Positions 8,704 through 17,000 of a stretch of 30,018 bases of DNA are shown here, piece by piece. The notes under the pieces are model-generated. The model made no database searches. It saw nothing but the letters and a program-made list of their open reading frames with translations, and was not told where the DNA came from. The DNA is from a virus. Lineage: Duplodnaviria; Caudoviricetes. The stretch lies in the IMG/VR virus record IMGVR_UViG_3300037584_001947, positions 1-30,018 of that record, one strand, 5' to 3'. The position numbers and the translations under genes are program-made. Each line of letters begins with the position of its first letter. The first letter of the stretch is position 1.

Positions 8704-9822
8704 ATGGAAGAAAAAGAAATAAAGGACGAAAACATCGTGAAGGTTGATTTAAAAAAGAAACCAGACGAAACAGTTCACAAAGTAGATTTAACTAAAAAAG
8801 AAGAAGAAGATGCCGTTCAGGAGCAAAGCACAGATGAGGTACCTGTTCGCGACGAATCCGAAACTAGCGAAGAAGTACGCGAAGAAGACGAGCAGCCAGC
8901 AATTGAAGAAATTACCGAACAAGCTGAAGAAGAAAAAGAAGAAGAAGAGGTAGTTGAAGAAGTTGTAGCTGAAGAAAAACCAAGCGTAGAACTTCCTGAG
9001 AACATAGAAAAATTAGTTGAATTTATAAACGATACAGGTGGTACTGTTGAAGATTATGTTATGCTAAACAAAGACTTTAGCAATATGGATAACTTAACAG
9101 CTCTTGAAGAGTACTACAAAATTACTAAGCCACATCTAAACGCTGAAGAAAGATCTTTCTTAATGGAAGAAACGTTTAGCTATGATGAAGATGTTGATGA
9201 TAGTAAAGAAGTTAAAAGAAAGAAAATAGCCCTCAAAGAGCAAGTTGCCGAGGCTAAAGCCTACTTAGACAGGCAAAAGTCTAAATATTATGAAGAGATC
9301 AAAGCTGGATCGAAGCTTACAAAAGAGCAACAGAAAGCTATTGACTTCTTCAACAGATATAACAAAGAGTCTGAAGGTGCTCAAAAAAGAAACGAGCATA
9401 TACAGAACGTGTTTAACAAGAAAACATCTAGTCTTTTTTCTGAAAAGTTCAAAGGTTTTGAATATAACGTAGGAGAAAAAAGATTTAGGTTTAATGTTAA
9501 AGATGTTGATAGTGTTAAAGAAACTCAAAGTGATATTGGTAATTTTATCAAAAAGTTTTTGAATAAAGAAGGATCAATAGAAGACGCTGCGGGTTATCAT
9601 AAAGGTTTGTATACCGCTATGAACGCAGATGCTATAGCTCAACACTTTTACGAACAAGGTAAAGCCGATGCTTTAAAAACTTCTGTTGAAAAGTCCAAGA
9701 ATATAAACATGGACCCAAGACAAACTAATAAAGAGGTTAAAGTTGGAGGCACTACATACAAGGTATTAAGTGGAGAGTCTACTTCAGATTTCAAAGTTAA
9801 GATCAAACGAGGTAGAAAATAA
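8704..9822 (+). CDS. capsid scaffolding protein
   Basis: Very acidic, disordered N-terminus, helical core and basic C-terminal tip (KVKIKRGRK). Lies between portal and MCP. Confidence 0.75.
   Translation: MEEKEIKDENIVKVDLKKKPDETVHKVDLTKKEEEDAVQEQSTDEVPVRDESETSEEVREEDEQPAIEEITEQAEEEKEEEEVVEEVVAEEKPSVELPENIEKLVEFINDTGGTVEDYVMLNKDFSNMDNLTALEEYYKITKPHLNAEERSFLMEETFSYDEDVDDSKEVKRKKIALKEQVAEAKAYLDRQKSKYYEEIKAGSKLTKEQQKAIDFFNRYNKESEGAQKRNEHIQNVFNKKTSSLFSEKFKGFEYNVGEKRFRFNVKDVDSVKETQSDIGNFIKKFLNKEGSIEDAAGYHKGLYTAMNADAIAQHFYEQGKADALKTSVEKSKNINMDPRQTNKEVKVGGTTYKVLSGESTSDFKVKIKRGRK
8810..8953 (+). CDS. nested 47-aa basic protein (MPFxSKAQ-type) in the +1 frame of the scaffold gene
   Basis: MPFRSKAQMRYLFATNPKLAKKYAKKTSSQQLKKLPNKLKKKKKKKR*. 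A-rich leader with A at -3 and locally raised GC. The N-terminus matches a small-phage-protein pattern I recall (MPFKSKAQRRYL.A..P..AK). Confidence 0.65.
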   Translation: MPFRSKAQMRYLFATNPKLAKKYAKKTSSQQLKKLPNKLKKKKKKKR

Positions 9823-9851
9823 ATTATTAATCCATTTAAAACTAATTAAAA

Positions 9852-11351
9852 ATGGCAATTTCAAATCCAGGCGCTGGTCACTCCGGCGTCGCAGGTAATT
9901 TGAACAGTGTAGCAGCTCCAAAAAAAGCTCTATTATCTTCAAATTACATTGACTTTACATCTGCTGGCACAAAAGGTTGGGCTCAGCAGTATTTACCAGA
10001 CTTAATTGAGGCTGAAGCAGAAGTGTTCGGTAACAGAACTATTTCAGGTTTCTTGTCTCAAGTAGGTGCTGAAGAGTCTATGACTTCTGACCAAGTTATT
10101 TGGACAGAGCAAGGTAGACTTCACTTATCTTATACAGGTGTTATCAACAATACTACAGGTGTTTTCTCTTGTCAAAAAGATATTGACGGTAATACTTTAA
10201 CTACTGAGCATGGTGTTCGTATTAACGACATGGTTGTTGTAGCTACATCAGAAGGTGTTATCAAGTGTTTGTGTACGGCTGTATCGAACGCTGATATTAC
10301 ACTATTACCTTACGAGCAAGCAAACATCGACGATGCTACTGCTTTCGGTACAGGTACTTCTAATGCTGCTACTATCTTAGTTGTTGGTTCTGAATTTGGT
10401 AAAGGTAAGCAAGGACAAGGCGCTACTACTGCAACTGAAAACAATGGTTTCGGATCTGTAGAACCACAGCACCAGTCTTTTACTAACAAGCCTATCATTA
10501 TTAAAGATTACTACGAGATCAACGGATCTGATGTATCTCAAATCGGTTGGGTAGAAATTTCTGGTGAAGACGGACAGAACGGTTATTTATGGTATTTAAA
10601 AGCTGAAGGCGATACTCGCTCTCGTTTTTCTGACTACTTAGAGATGACTATGATAGAAGCTGTTAAAGGTATTCCTGGAAACTCAACTGCAGAAGGTACT
10701 ATCCGTGCTGCTGGTGATACTTTCGGTACTGAAGGTTTATTCGCTGCTATTGAAGACAGAGGTAACATTACTACTGGTGTAACTGGTGTTAATGCTGCTA
10801 CTGACTTAGCAGAGTTTGACGCTATATTAGCTGAGTTTGACAAGCAAGGTGCTATCGAAGAAAACATGTTATTTGTTAATCGTGCTACAAGTTTAGCTAT
10901 TGACGATATGTTAGCTTCAATGAATTCTTACGGAGCTGGTGGTACATCTTACGGTGTATTCAACAACGACGAAGACATGGCATTGAACTTAGGCTTCTCT
11001 GGTTTCCGTAGAGGATCTTATGACTTCTATAAGTCTGACTTCCGTTACTTAAACGACAAAGCTACTCGTGGATCTATCAATGATAGAGCTGCAGGCTTTG
11101 GTGTTAGAGGAGTTATTATTCCTGCTGGTGTATCAACTGTATACGATCAAACATTAGGTAGAAACTTAAAGCGTCCGTTCTTACACGTACGTTATAGAGC
11201 TTCTCAAATGGACGATAGAAAAATGAAAACTTGGATCACTGGATCTGTTGGTGGAAACATCACTTCTGATCTTGATGCAATGCAAGTAAATTATCTATCT
11301 GAAAGATGTTTAATTGTTCAAGGTGCTAACAACTTCATGTTAATGAAGTAA
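9852..11351 (+). CDS. major capsid protein
   Basis: 499 aa after the scaffold. Strongly biased codon usage (GCT, GGT, TTC, AAC, CGT), followed by a strong terminator. Ends in an HK97-type beta strand 'YLSERCLIVQGANNF'. Confidence 0.88.
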   Translation: MAISNPGAGHSGVAGNLNSVAAPKKALLSSNYIDFTSAGTKGWAQQYLPDLIEAEAEVFGNRTISGFLSQVGAEESMTSDQVIWTEQGRLHLSYTGVINNTTGVFSCQKDIDGNTLTTEHGVRINDMVVVATSEGVIKCLCTAVSNADITLLPYEQANIDDATAFGTGTSNAATILVVGSEFGKGKQGQGATTATENNGFGSVEPQHQSFTNKPIIIKDYYEINGSDVSQIGWVEISGEDGQNGYLWYLKAEGDTRSRFSDYLEMTMIEAVKGIPGNSTAEGTIRAAGDTFGTEGLFAAIEDRGNITTGVTGVNAATDLAEFDAILAEFDKQGAIEENMLFVNRATSLAIDDMLASMNSYGAGGTSYGVFNNDEDMALNLGFSGFRRGSYDFYKSDFRYLNDKATRGSINDRAAGFGVRGVIIPAGVSTVYDQTLGRNLKRPFLHVRYRASQMDDRKMKTWITGSVGGNITSDLDAMQVNYLSERCLIVQGANNFMLMK

Positions 11352-11361
11352 GCATATTATT

Positions 11362-11391
11362 AGGTCGGGGCTTCGGCCCCGATCTTTTTTT
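11362..11391 (+). terminator. rho-independent terminator after the MCP gene
   Basis: AGGTCGGGGC-TTCG-GCCCCGATCT stem (10 bp, one G-U) with a cUUCGg tetraloop, followed by a T-run. Confidence 0.92.
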
Positions 11392-11412
11392 AATTTTTTA
11401 TTATATTATATT

Positions 11413-12255
11413 ATGGCAAAGAAAAAAGAAACAAAAAAGGTTGAAGTAGCGCCTGAAGTAAAAGCTACTAACGATATGGTTGAGGTTGTTATTGAAAATC
11501 CAAAGCCAAAAAAAGTTGAACCTAAAAAACCTTCGTGGGAAATAAAAGATAGAGTTTACTATTTAAAACAAAATAGATCTTCTTTATCTTATTCAATGAA
11601 GTCTTCTGATATTTATTATTTTGACGAAGAAAAAGGTTATGAAAGAGAGTTAAAGTATTGTGAAAACCAAAGAACTGTGTTTGTAGATGAAATGCAAGGT
11701 GATCAAAGACTAGCTCATATTATGTTTAGAAACGGGGCTTTATATGTTCCAAGAGAAAAAGTAACTTTACAAAAGTTATTATCTTTATATCACCCAATGC
11801 GTGATAAGCTTTTTTACGAGCACAAACCTCAAGAGATAGCAGCTACAGAATTAGATTATTTAGAAATAGAAGCTGATGCTTTAGTGCTAGCTAGAACTTT
11901 AGATATTGACAAGATGGAAGCTATCATGCGTGTAGAGTTAGGCTCTAAAGTAGCAGAGATGAGTTCTAAGGAATTAAAACGAGATTGTCTATTGTTTGCA
12001 AAGAAAAATCCACTTTTATTCCTAGAGTTAGTCCAAGACGAAAACGTAGAGCTTAGAAACTTTGGTATTAAAGCTGTTGAAGCTAGAATATTAAAGCTGT
12101 CTGTTGATCAACGATACTTTATGTGGGGATCAAACGATAGAAAAATAATGACAGTTCCTTTTGATGAGCATCCGTATTCTGCTTTAGCCGCTTGGTTTAA
12201 AACAGATGAAGGTATGGAGATATACTCTAATATAGAAAAGCAACTAAATATGTAA
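11413..12255 (+). CDS. hypothetical protein downstream of MCP
   Basis: 280-aa ORF with a Lys/Glu/Pro-rich N-terminal tail and a globular domain. No motif recognised. Confidence 0.75.
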   Translation: MAKKKETKKVEVAPEVKATNDMVEVVIENPKPKKVEPKKPSWEIKDRVYYLKQNRSSLSYSMKSSDIYYFDEEKGYERELKYCENQRTVFVDEMQGDQRLAHIMFRNGALYVPREKVTLQKLLSLYHPMRDKLFYEHKPQEIAATELDYLEIEADALVLARTLDIDKMEAIMRVELGSKVAEMSSKELKRDCLLFAKKNPLLFLELVQDENVELRNFGIKAVEARILKLSVDQRYFMWGSNDRKIMTVPFDEHPYSALAAWFKTDEGMEIYSNIEKQLNM

Positions 12256-12260
12256 TTACT

Positions 12261-12304
12261 TTATAGAAGAGTAACCACTCTTCGGGGTGGTTACTTAACT
12301 ATAA
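12261..12304 (+). terminator. cUUCGg hairpin without a U-tract (weak terminator or mRNA stability/processing element)
   Basis: AGTAACCACTC-TTCG-GGGTGGTTACT (12270-12295), extended by TTATAG/CTATAA. Intergenic. Confidence 0.6.
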
Positions 12305-12315
12305 AAGATAATTAT

Positions 12316-13080
12316 ATGGTAAGTGTAGATACAGTATATCAACGTGTACTAGCATTAGCAAATAAAGAACAAAGAGGTTATATAACTCCGCAAGAGTTTA
12401 ACCTTTTAGCAAATCAATCGCAGATGGAAATATTTGAAGAGTATTTTCATCACTTAAATCAATACCTTAGAAATCCAGGTAATGACTCTAGCTATGCAGA
12501 CTCTGCAGATTATATTCAAGATAAAATTTCAAGGTTTATAGTTGAAGCAGAAGAGTTACAGTATACAGAAGAAAAAACAAACGCATATGTATTGCCATCT
12601 AGTAATCGTATGTATAGATTAACTAGGGTAAGTGCTGGCACAGATATTCTTAGTCCAACAGCTCAACAAATTACTTTTAAAGATTTAAAAAATCAAGCTA
12701 GAGCTGTGTATGCCGCTCAAGCTCACAACAACTCTCCAGTTTACGTACGCATGCATAATGTGCAAGCGAGTGGCCCAGCGTTTGAAGAAGAAACTGCAGG
12801 CTTAATAAAAATATATACGGAAGGCTCAACTGAATTTACAGATAATATAAACATTGGCTATATAAGAATACCTAATAAAGTTATTTGGGATTACGTTGTT
12901 GTAAATGAAAAAGCGTTATACAACGCTACTAATGCTTCAGACTTTGATTTACACCCATCAGAAGAAACAAACTTAGTATACAGAATACTTATGCTAAGTG
13001 GTATAACTATTAACAAACCTGGTCTTGCAAGCTTAGCTAAAGCTGAAGTTGTAGAACAAGGTAATAACGAAAAAGCATAA
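12316..13080 (+). CDS. head-tail adaptor / tail ring protein
   Basis: N-terminal helices 'VDTVYQRVL..ANKEQRGYITPQEFNLLANQSQ', central beta domain ('YVLPS', 'IGYIRIP') and a C-terminal helix, the layout of gp4/gp11-like adaptors. Position after MCP agrees. Confidence 0.6.
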   Translation: MVSVDTVYQRVLALANKEQRGYITPQEFNLLANQSQMEIFEEYFHHLNQYLRNPGNDSSYADSADYIQDKISRFIVEAEELQYTEEKTNAYVLPSSNRMYRLTRVSAGTDILSPTAQQITFKDLKNQARAVYAAQAHNNSPVYVRMHNVQASGPAFEEETAGLIKIYTEGSTEFTDNINIGYIRIPNKVIWDYVVVNEKALYNATNASDFDLHPSEETNLVYRILMLSGITINKPGLASLAKAEVVEQGNNEKA

Positions 13081-14009
13081 TGGGAGAGTACAGCAATCAA
13101 GGCATAAGCAATTACTATAACCAAGAGTCACAGCACGGGTCTTACCAATATCAAACGTTAGACGCTTTAGTTAGCACGTTTTTAATGGTATACGTTGGTG
13201 AAAACAAAATAATATCAAAAGCAAATAGACAAGACGTTTTCTTTTTTGGTCGCAGAGCTTTACAAGAAATGAACTACGATGTATTAAGATCTAAGAAAAC
13301 ATTAGAGTTTGAGTTAGATAACCGTATGTACGTGCCTATGCCTCATGACTATGTTAACCACACCGATGTTTTTTACACAGACAGCTCTGGTATAAAGCAC
13401 CCATTGTTTCCAGCTAGAGATACGCAAAATCCTTTTAGACCTAAAACAAAAGATTTAAACGTTAACGCGCAAGATCTTGATGAGTGGTGGGAAACTATGA
13501 AGTACTACAATATTTTTCAAGAAACTGAATACAATGGTTTAGAAGGAGAAGACTCTAAAACTTTAGAAGCTTTTCAAGCAACTCCTAGTCATGAAGATCA
13601 AGTAGCAGACTTTAATTATAATGACGGACACTCTGAATTTGCATTAGGTCAAAGATATGGTTTAGATCCAGAGCATGCTCAAATAAACGGAAGCTACTTT
13701 TTTGATTACGCTAACGGACATATTTATTTTAGTTCAGGCTTAGTTGGATCTACAATAGTATTAGATTACATAACTGATGGTCTAGCCGACGATGGCGATG
13801 CCTTGATACCTAAGCTAGCTGAAGAAGCTTTTTATAAATGCGTGGCTTACAGTATAGTTTCAACAGGAGCAAATTATAGCCCTGCAACTATACAACAATT
13901 AAAAAAAGAAAGATTTGCAGAGCTTAGAAAAGCTAAGATTAGATTATCAAATTACAAAACACAAGAGCTTACTCAAGTAATGAGAGGTAAGTCTAAATGG
14001 ATAAAATAA
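13080..14009 (+). CDS. second tail ring / adaptor-like structural protein
   Basis: Same layout ('RRALQEMNYD', 'VPMPHDYVN', 'IVLDYITDG', 'IPKLAEEAFYKCVAY'). TAATG-coupled to the previous gene. Confidence 0.55.
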   Translation: MGEYSNQGISNYYNQESQHGSYQYQTLDALVSTFLMVYVGENKIISKANRQDVFFFGRRALQEMNYDVLRSKKTLEFELDNRMYVPMPHDYVNHTDVFYTDSSGIKHPLFPARDTQNPFRPKTKDLNVNAQDLDEWWETMKYYNIFQETEYNGLEGEDSKTLEAFQATPSHEDQVADFNYNDGHSEFALGQRYGLDPEHAQINGSYFFDYANGHIYFSSGLVGSTIVLDYITDGLADDGDALIPKLAEEAFYKCVAYSIVSTGANYSPATIQQLKKERFAELRKAKIRLSNYKTQELTQVMRGKSKWIK

Positions 14010-14012
14010 GAT

Positions 14013-17000
14013 ATGCCAGAATTTAATAGAAATTTTGCGCAAGGTAAGATGAATAAAGATCTTGACGAGCGCCTTATTCCAAATGGTCAGTACAGAGACG
14101 CTATGAACGTACAAGTTTCTACTTCAGATGGTAGTAACGTTGGTTCATTAGAAAACATACTAGGCAACGGTCAGCTTTCAACAAACTTAATACCAGAAGG
14201 CGGTTATTGCGTTGGTTCTATAGTTGATAACGAGGTTAACTGCATATATTATTTAGTCGCAGGTAACGAATTTATTCACTCAAGCGGTAATAGAATTGCT
14301 AAAAATTATATCGTAAAGTATAGCATTGACGACAATAATCTTACTTTTGTATTCGTAGATATTTACAAAGTCACTACGCAGGTAACTGGTTTTGTTGCTG
14401 AAGAGGAAATTCTTTTTGGTGAGATTCCTTTTATACAAGTTTCTAGTAGCTACGGTCTAAGAAAAGGTATGGTGTTTGACAACGACAACATCATTACGCG
14501 TGCTTTTGACGATAACAAACTTATTACATCTAATCAAGATGTGCCTGTAGGAACATATACTTTTGAAAAAGAATCTGTTTTAGGTTTTAATAGCGAAACA
14601 AATATAACGGCTATAAATATTGTTGAAGATTTATTAATGTACACAGACAATATTAACGAGCCTAAAACAATAAATATAAAAAGATCTATATTAGGAACAG
14701 GATCAGGAGATGATGTTTTAAATTCAAGCGGCGCAAATAACTCTTCAGATTTTCACACTAGACTTGTCAGTAGAAGAACAGATGGCAGCTTCAATGACGA
14801 AGGATTTGAAGTAGTAACAAACTTTAATATTTTAGAAGCTGGCGTTCCAGTATATTCTGAGCTAGAAAATAATACAACTATAAGAAAAGGTCCTTTAGCT
14901 CCTCCAACTTTAAGAATGTCTTCTTCTACTGTAGAAAGAGAGCTTAGAGTAGACAGTCCTTTTAATCCAGTAGAATCACCTTTCTTTATTATTTCCGGTG
15001 GACAAGCTACTCAAGTACCTTCTGGATCTGGATTTACTTTACAAACAGACGAGCCTGTTAGCTATTTTGTTGGAGACTTTATATTAATAACACAAGACTT
15101 AACTCAACCACCTACGTCTTTTACAGATCACGATGTTAGAGTTAGAGTAGATGCTGTTAATAGCAATACAAACTTTGACGTTACTATACTAGCTATAGCT
15201 GATGACTTAGATACATCAACTGGTTTTCTTACTATATTAGAACAGCCAGATCCTTTGTTTGAATTTAAGTTTCCAAGGTTTTCTTATAGATATAAGTATG
15301 TAGACGGTCAATATTCTGCGTTTGCTCCTTTTTCTGAAGTAGCTTTTTTACCTGGGCCATACGAATATTATCCTAAAGAAGGATATAACTTAGGTATGGC
15401 TAATAGAGTTAGAAGTTTAAGAGTAGAGAACTACGCTCCATTTCCTGATCACAGGCCTAAAGATATAGTAGAAATAGACGTGCTATACAAAGAAGAAGGA
15501 TCTACCACAGTCTATACTGTTAAAACTATAAAACCTTCAGACGGATCACCACTTTGGCCACTCAGCACAGCGCTTGGTGGATATAGTGTAAGCGCAGGAA
15601 GTGCTATCAACGATGGATTAGTATTTAGAGGTAGTCTAAATATAGAGTCAGAATTAATACATGCTGTAGTTCCAGCCAATCAATTATTAAGACCTTGGGA
15701 TAATGTTCCTAGAAAAGCTTTAGCTCAAGAAGTTTCAGCTAATAGATTAATATATGCTAACTATGTTCAAAACTACGATCTTGTAGATTCAAGTAATAAA
15801 CTATTAACGCCTGAGCTTAAAGTAGGTTTAGTTTCAAAATCTTACGGCGATCCTGGAATATCACCTAACATAGGTGTTCCTTTTAAATCTATAAAAACAC
15901 AAAGAACATATCAGCTAGGAGTTGTATACAAAGACGAGTTTGGTAGAGAAACACCTGTACTAGCAGACAAAGAAAAAGGATCTTTTACTGTAGGCAAAGA
16001 GTTTTGTGATAATTTAAACTCGCTTAAAGTTAGTGTTTTAAATAGCGCACCAACTTGGGCTAAATCTTTTAAATTTTTTATAAAAGAAACCTCTAATGAA
16101 TATTACAACTTAGCAATGGATCGTTGGTACAATGCTGAAGATGGTAATATATGGTTGTCTTTTCCTTCGTCTGATAGAAATAAAGTTGATGAAGAAACAT
16201 TTTTAGAATTAAAGAAAGCGCACGATAGTGATGTAGTTGTAGAACAGCCTGCTAGATATAAGATACTAGCTATTAGCAATGAAGCTCCTGAATTTATAAA
16301 GCTTCAAAGAAAAAGTTTAGGTACACTACTAAACTCTTCGCATGATGGAGTAGATGATAATCAAATTGGTAGCGCTGCAATAGGTTATCCTATATCCGGT
16401 GAAAATTTAATACATATAAGAAGAAACGCTTTTGAAGAAAACTTTGATCCAGACGTGGTTTTACCTATAGCTTCTGATTGCTCTGTAAAAATAAGAACAA
16501 TAACAGGAGAGTTTAGTAAGTACTACGACATAGTAAGTATAAAGAAAGATAATATCTTTGGTCAAGACGACGATGGCTATAAAATAACTATATCAGACAC
16601 TTTTGACCCTGACGTAAACAATGTTACTGGTGGATCTTTTACGCCAGCTACAAATAGACTAGGATTACAAATAGAGATAGTTCAAAACGAAATTGAAAAT
16701 AAACCTGAGTTTGAAGGTAAGTTCTTTGCTAAGATATACAAAGATCAAATCATAGAAGATTTTATTATGATATTAGACGACGAAAGAAATTTAGTCGTTG
16801 TCGATGCTTATGAAACTAGTTACCTTCATACTTACAATGGTGATGATTCTAATCCATACAGTGGTGTTAACTTAGGCCCACACACAAATAACTCTGCGGC
16901 TGGTGTTGCTATAAATGTTAGAAATCAGTGGAGAGATTCTCAAGCAACAGAAGGCCATCAAAACCCGTATAAAACTAGCTACACTTGGGGTGATAATGCT

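Noticed and set aside
9245-9284. Small interleaved inverted repeats (TTGCC/GGCAA, AGGC/GCCT, TTAGAC/GTCTAA) in the scaffold CDS
   Set aside because: Stems are only 4-6 bp, the pseudoknot geometry is strained and there is no adjacent slippery site. It cannot be supported without covariation data.
9290-9472. 60-aa +1-frame ORF in the scaffold gene
   Set aside because: No recognisable motif, and the length is within chance expectation.
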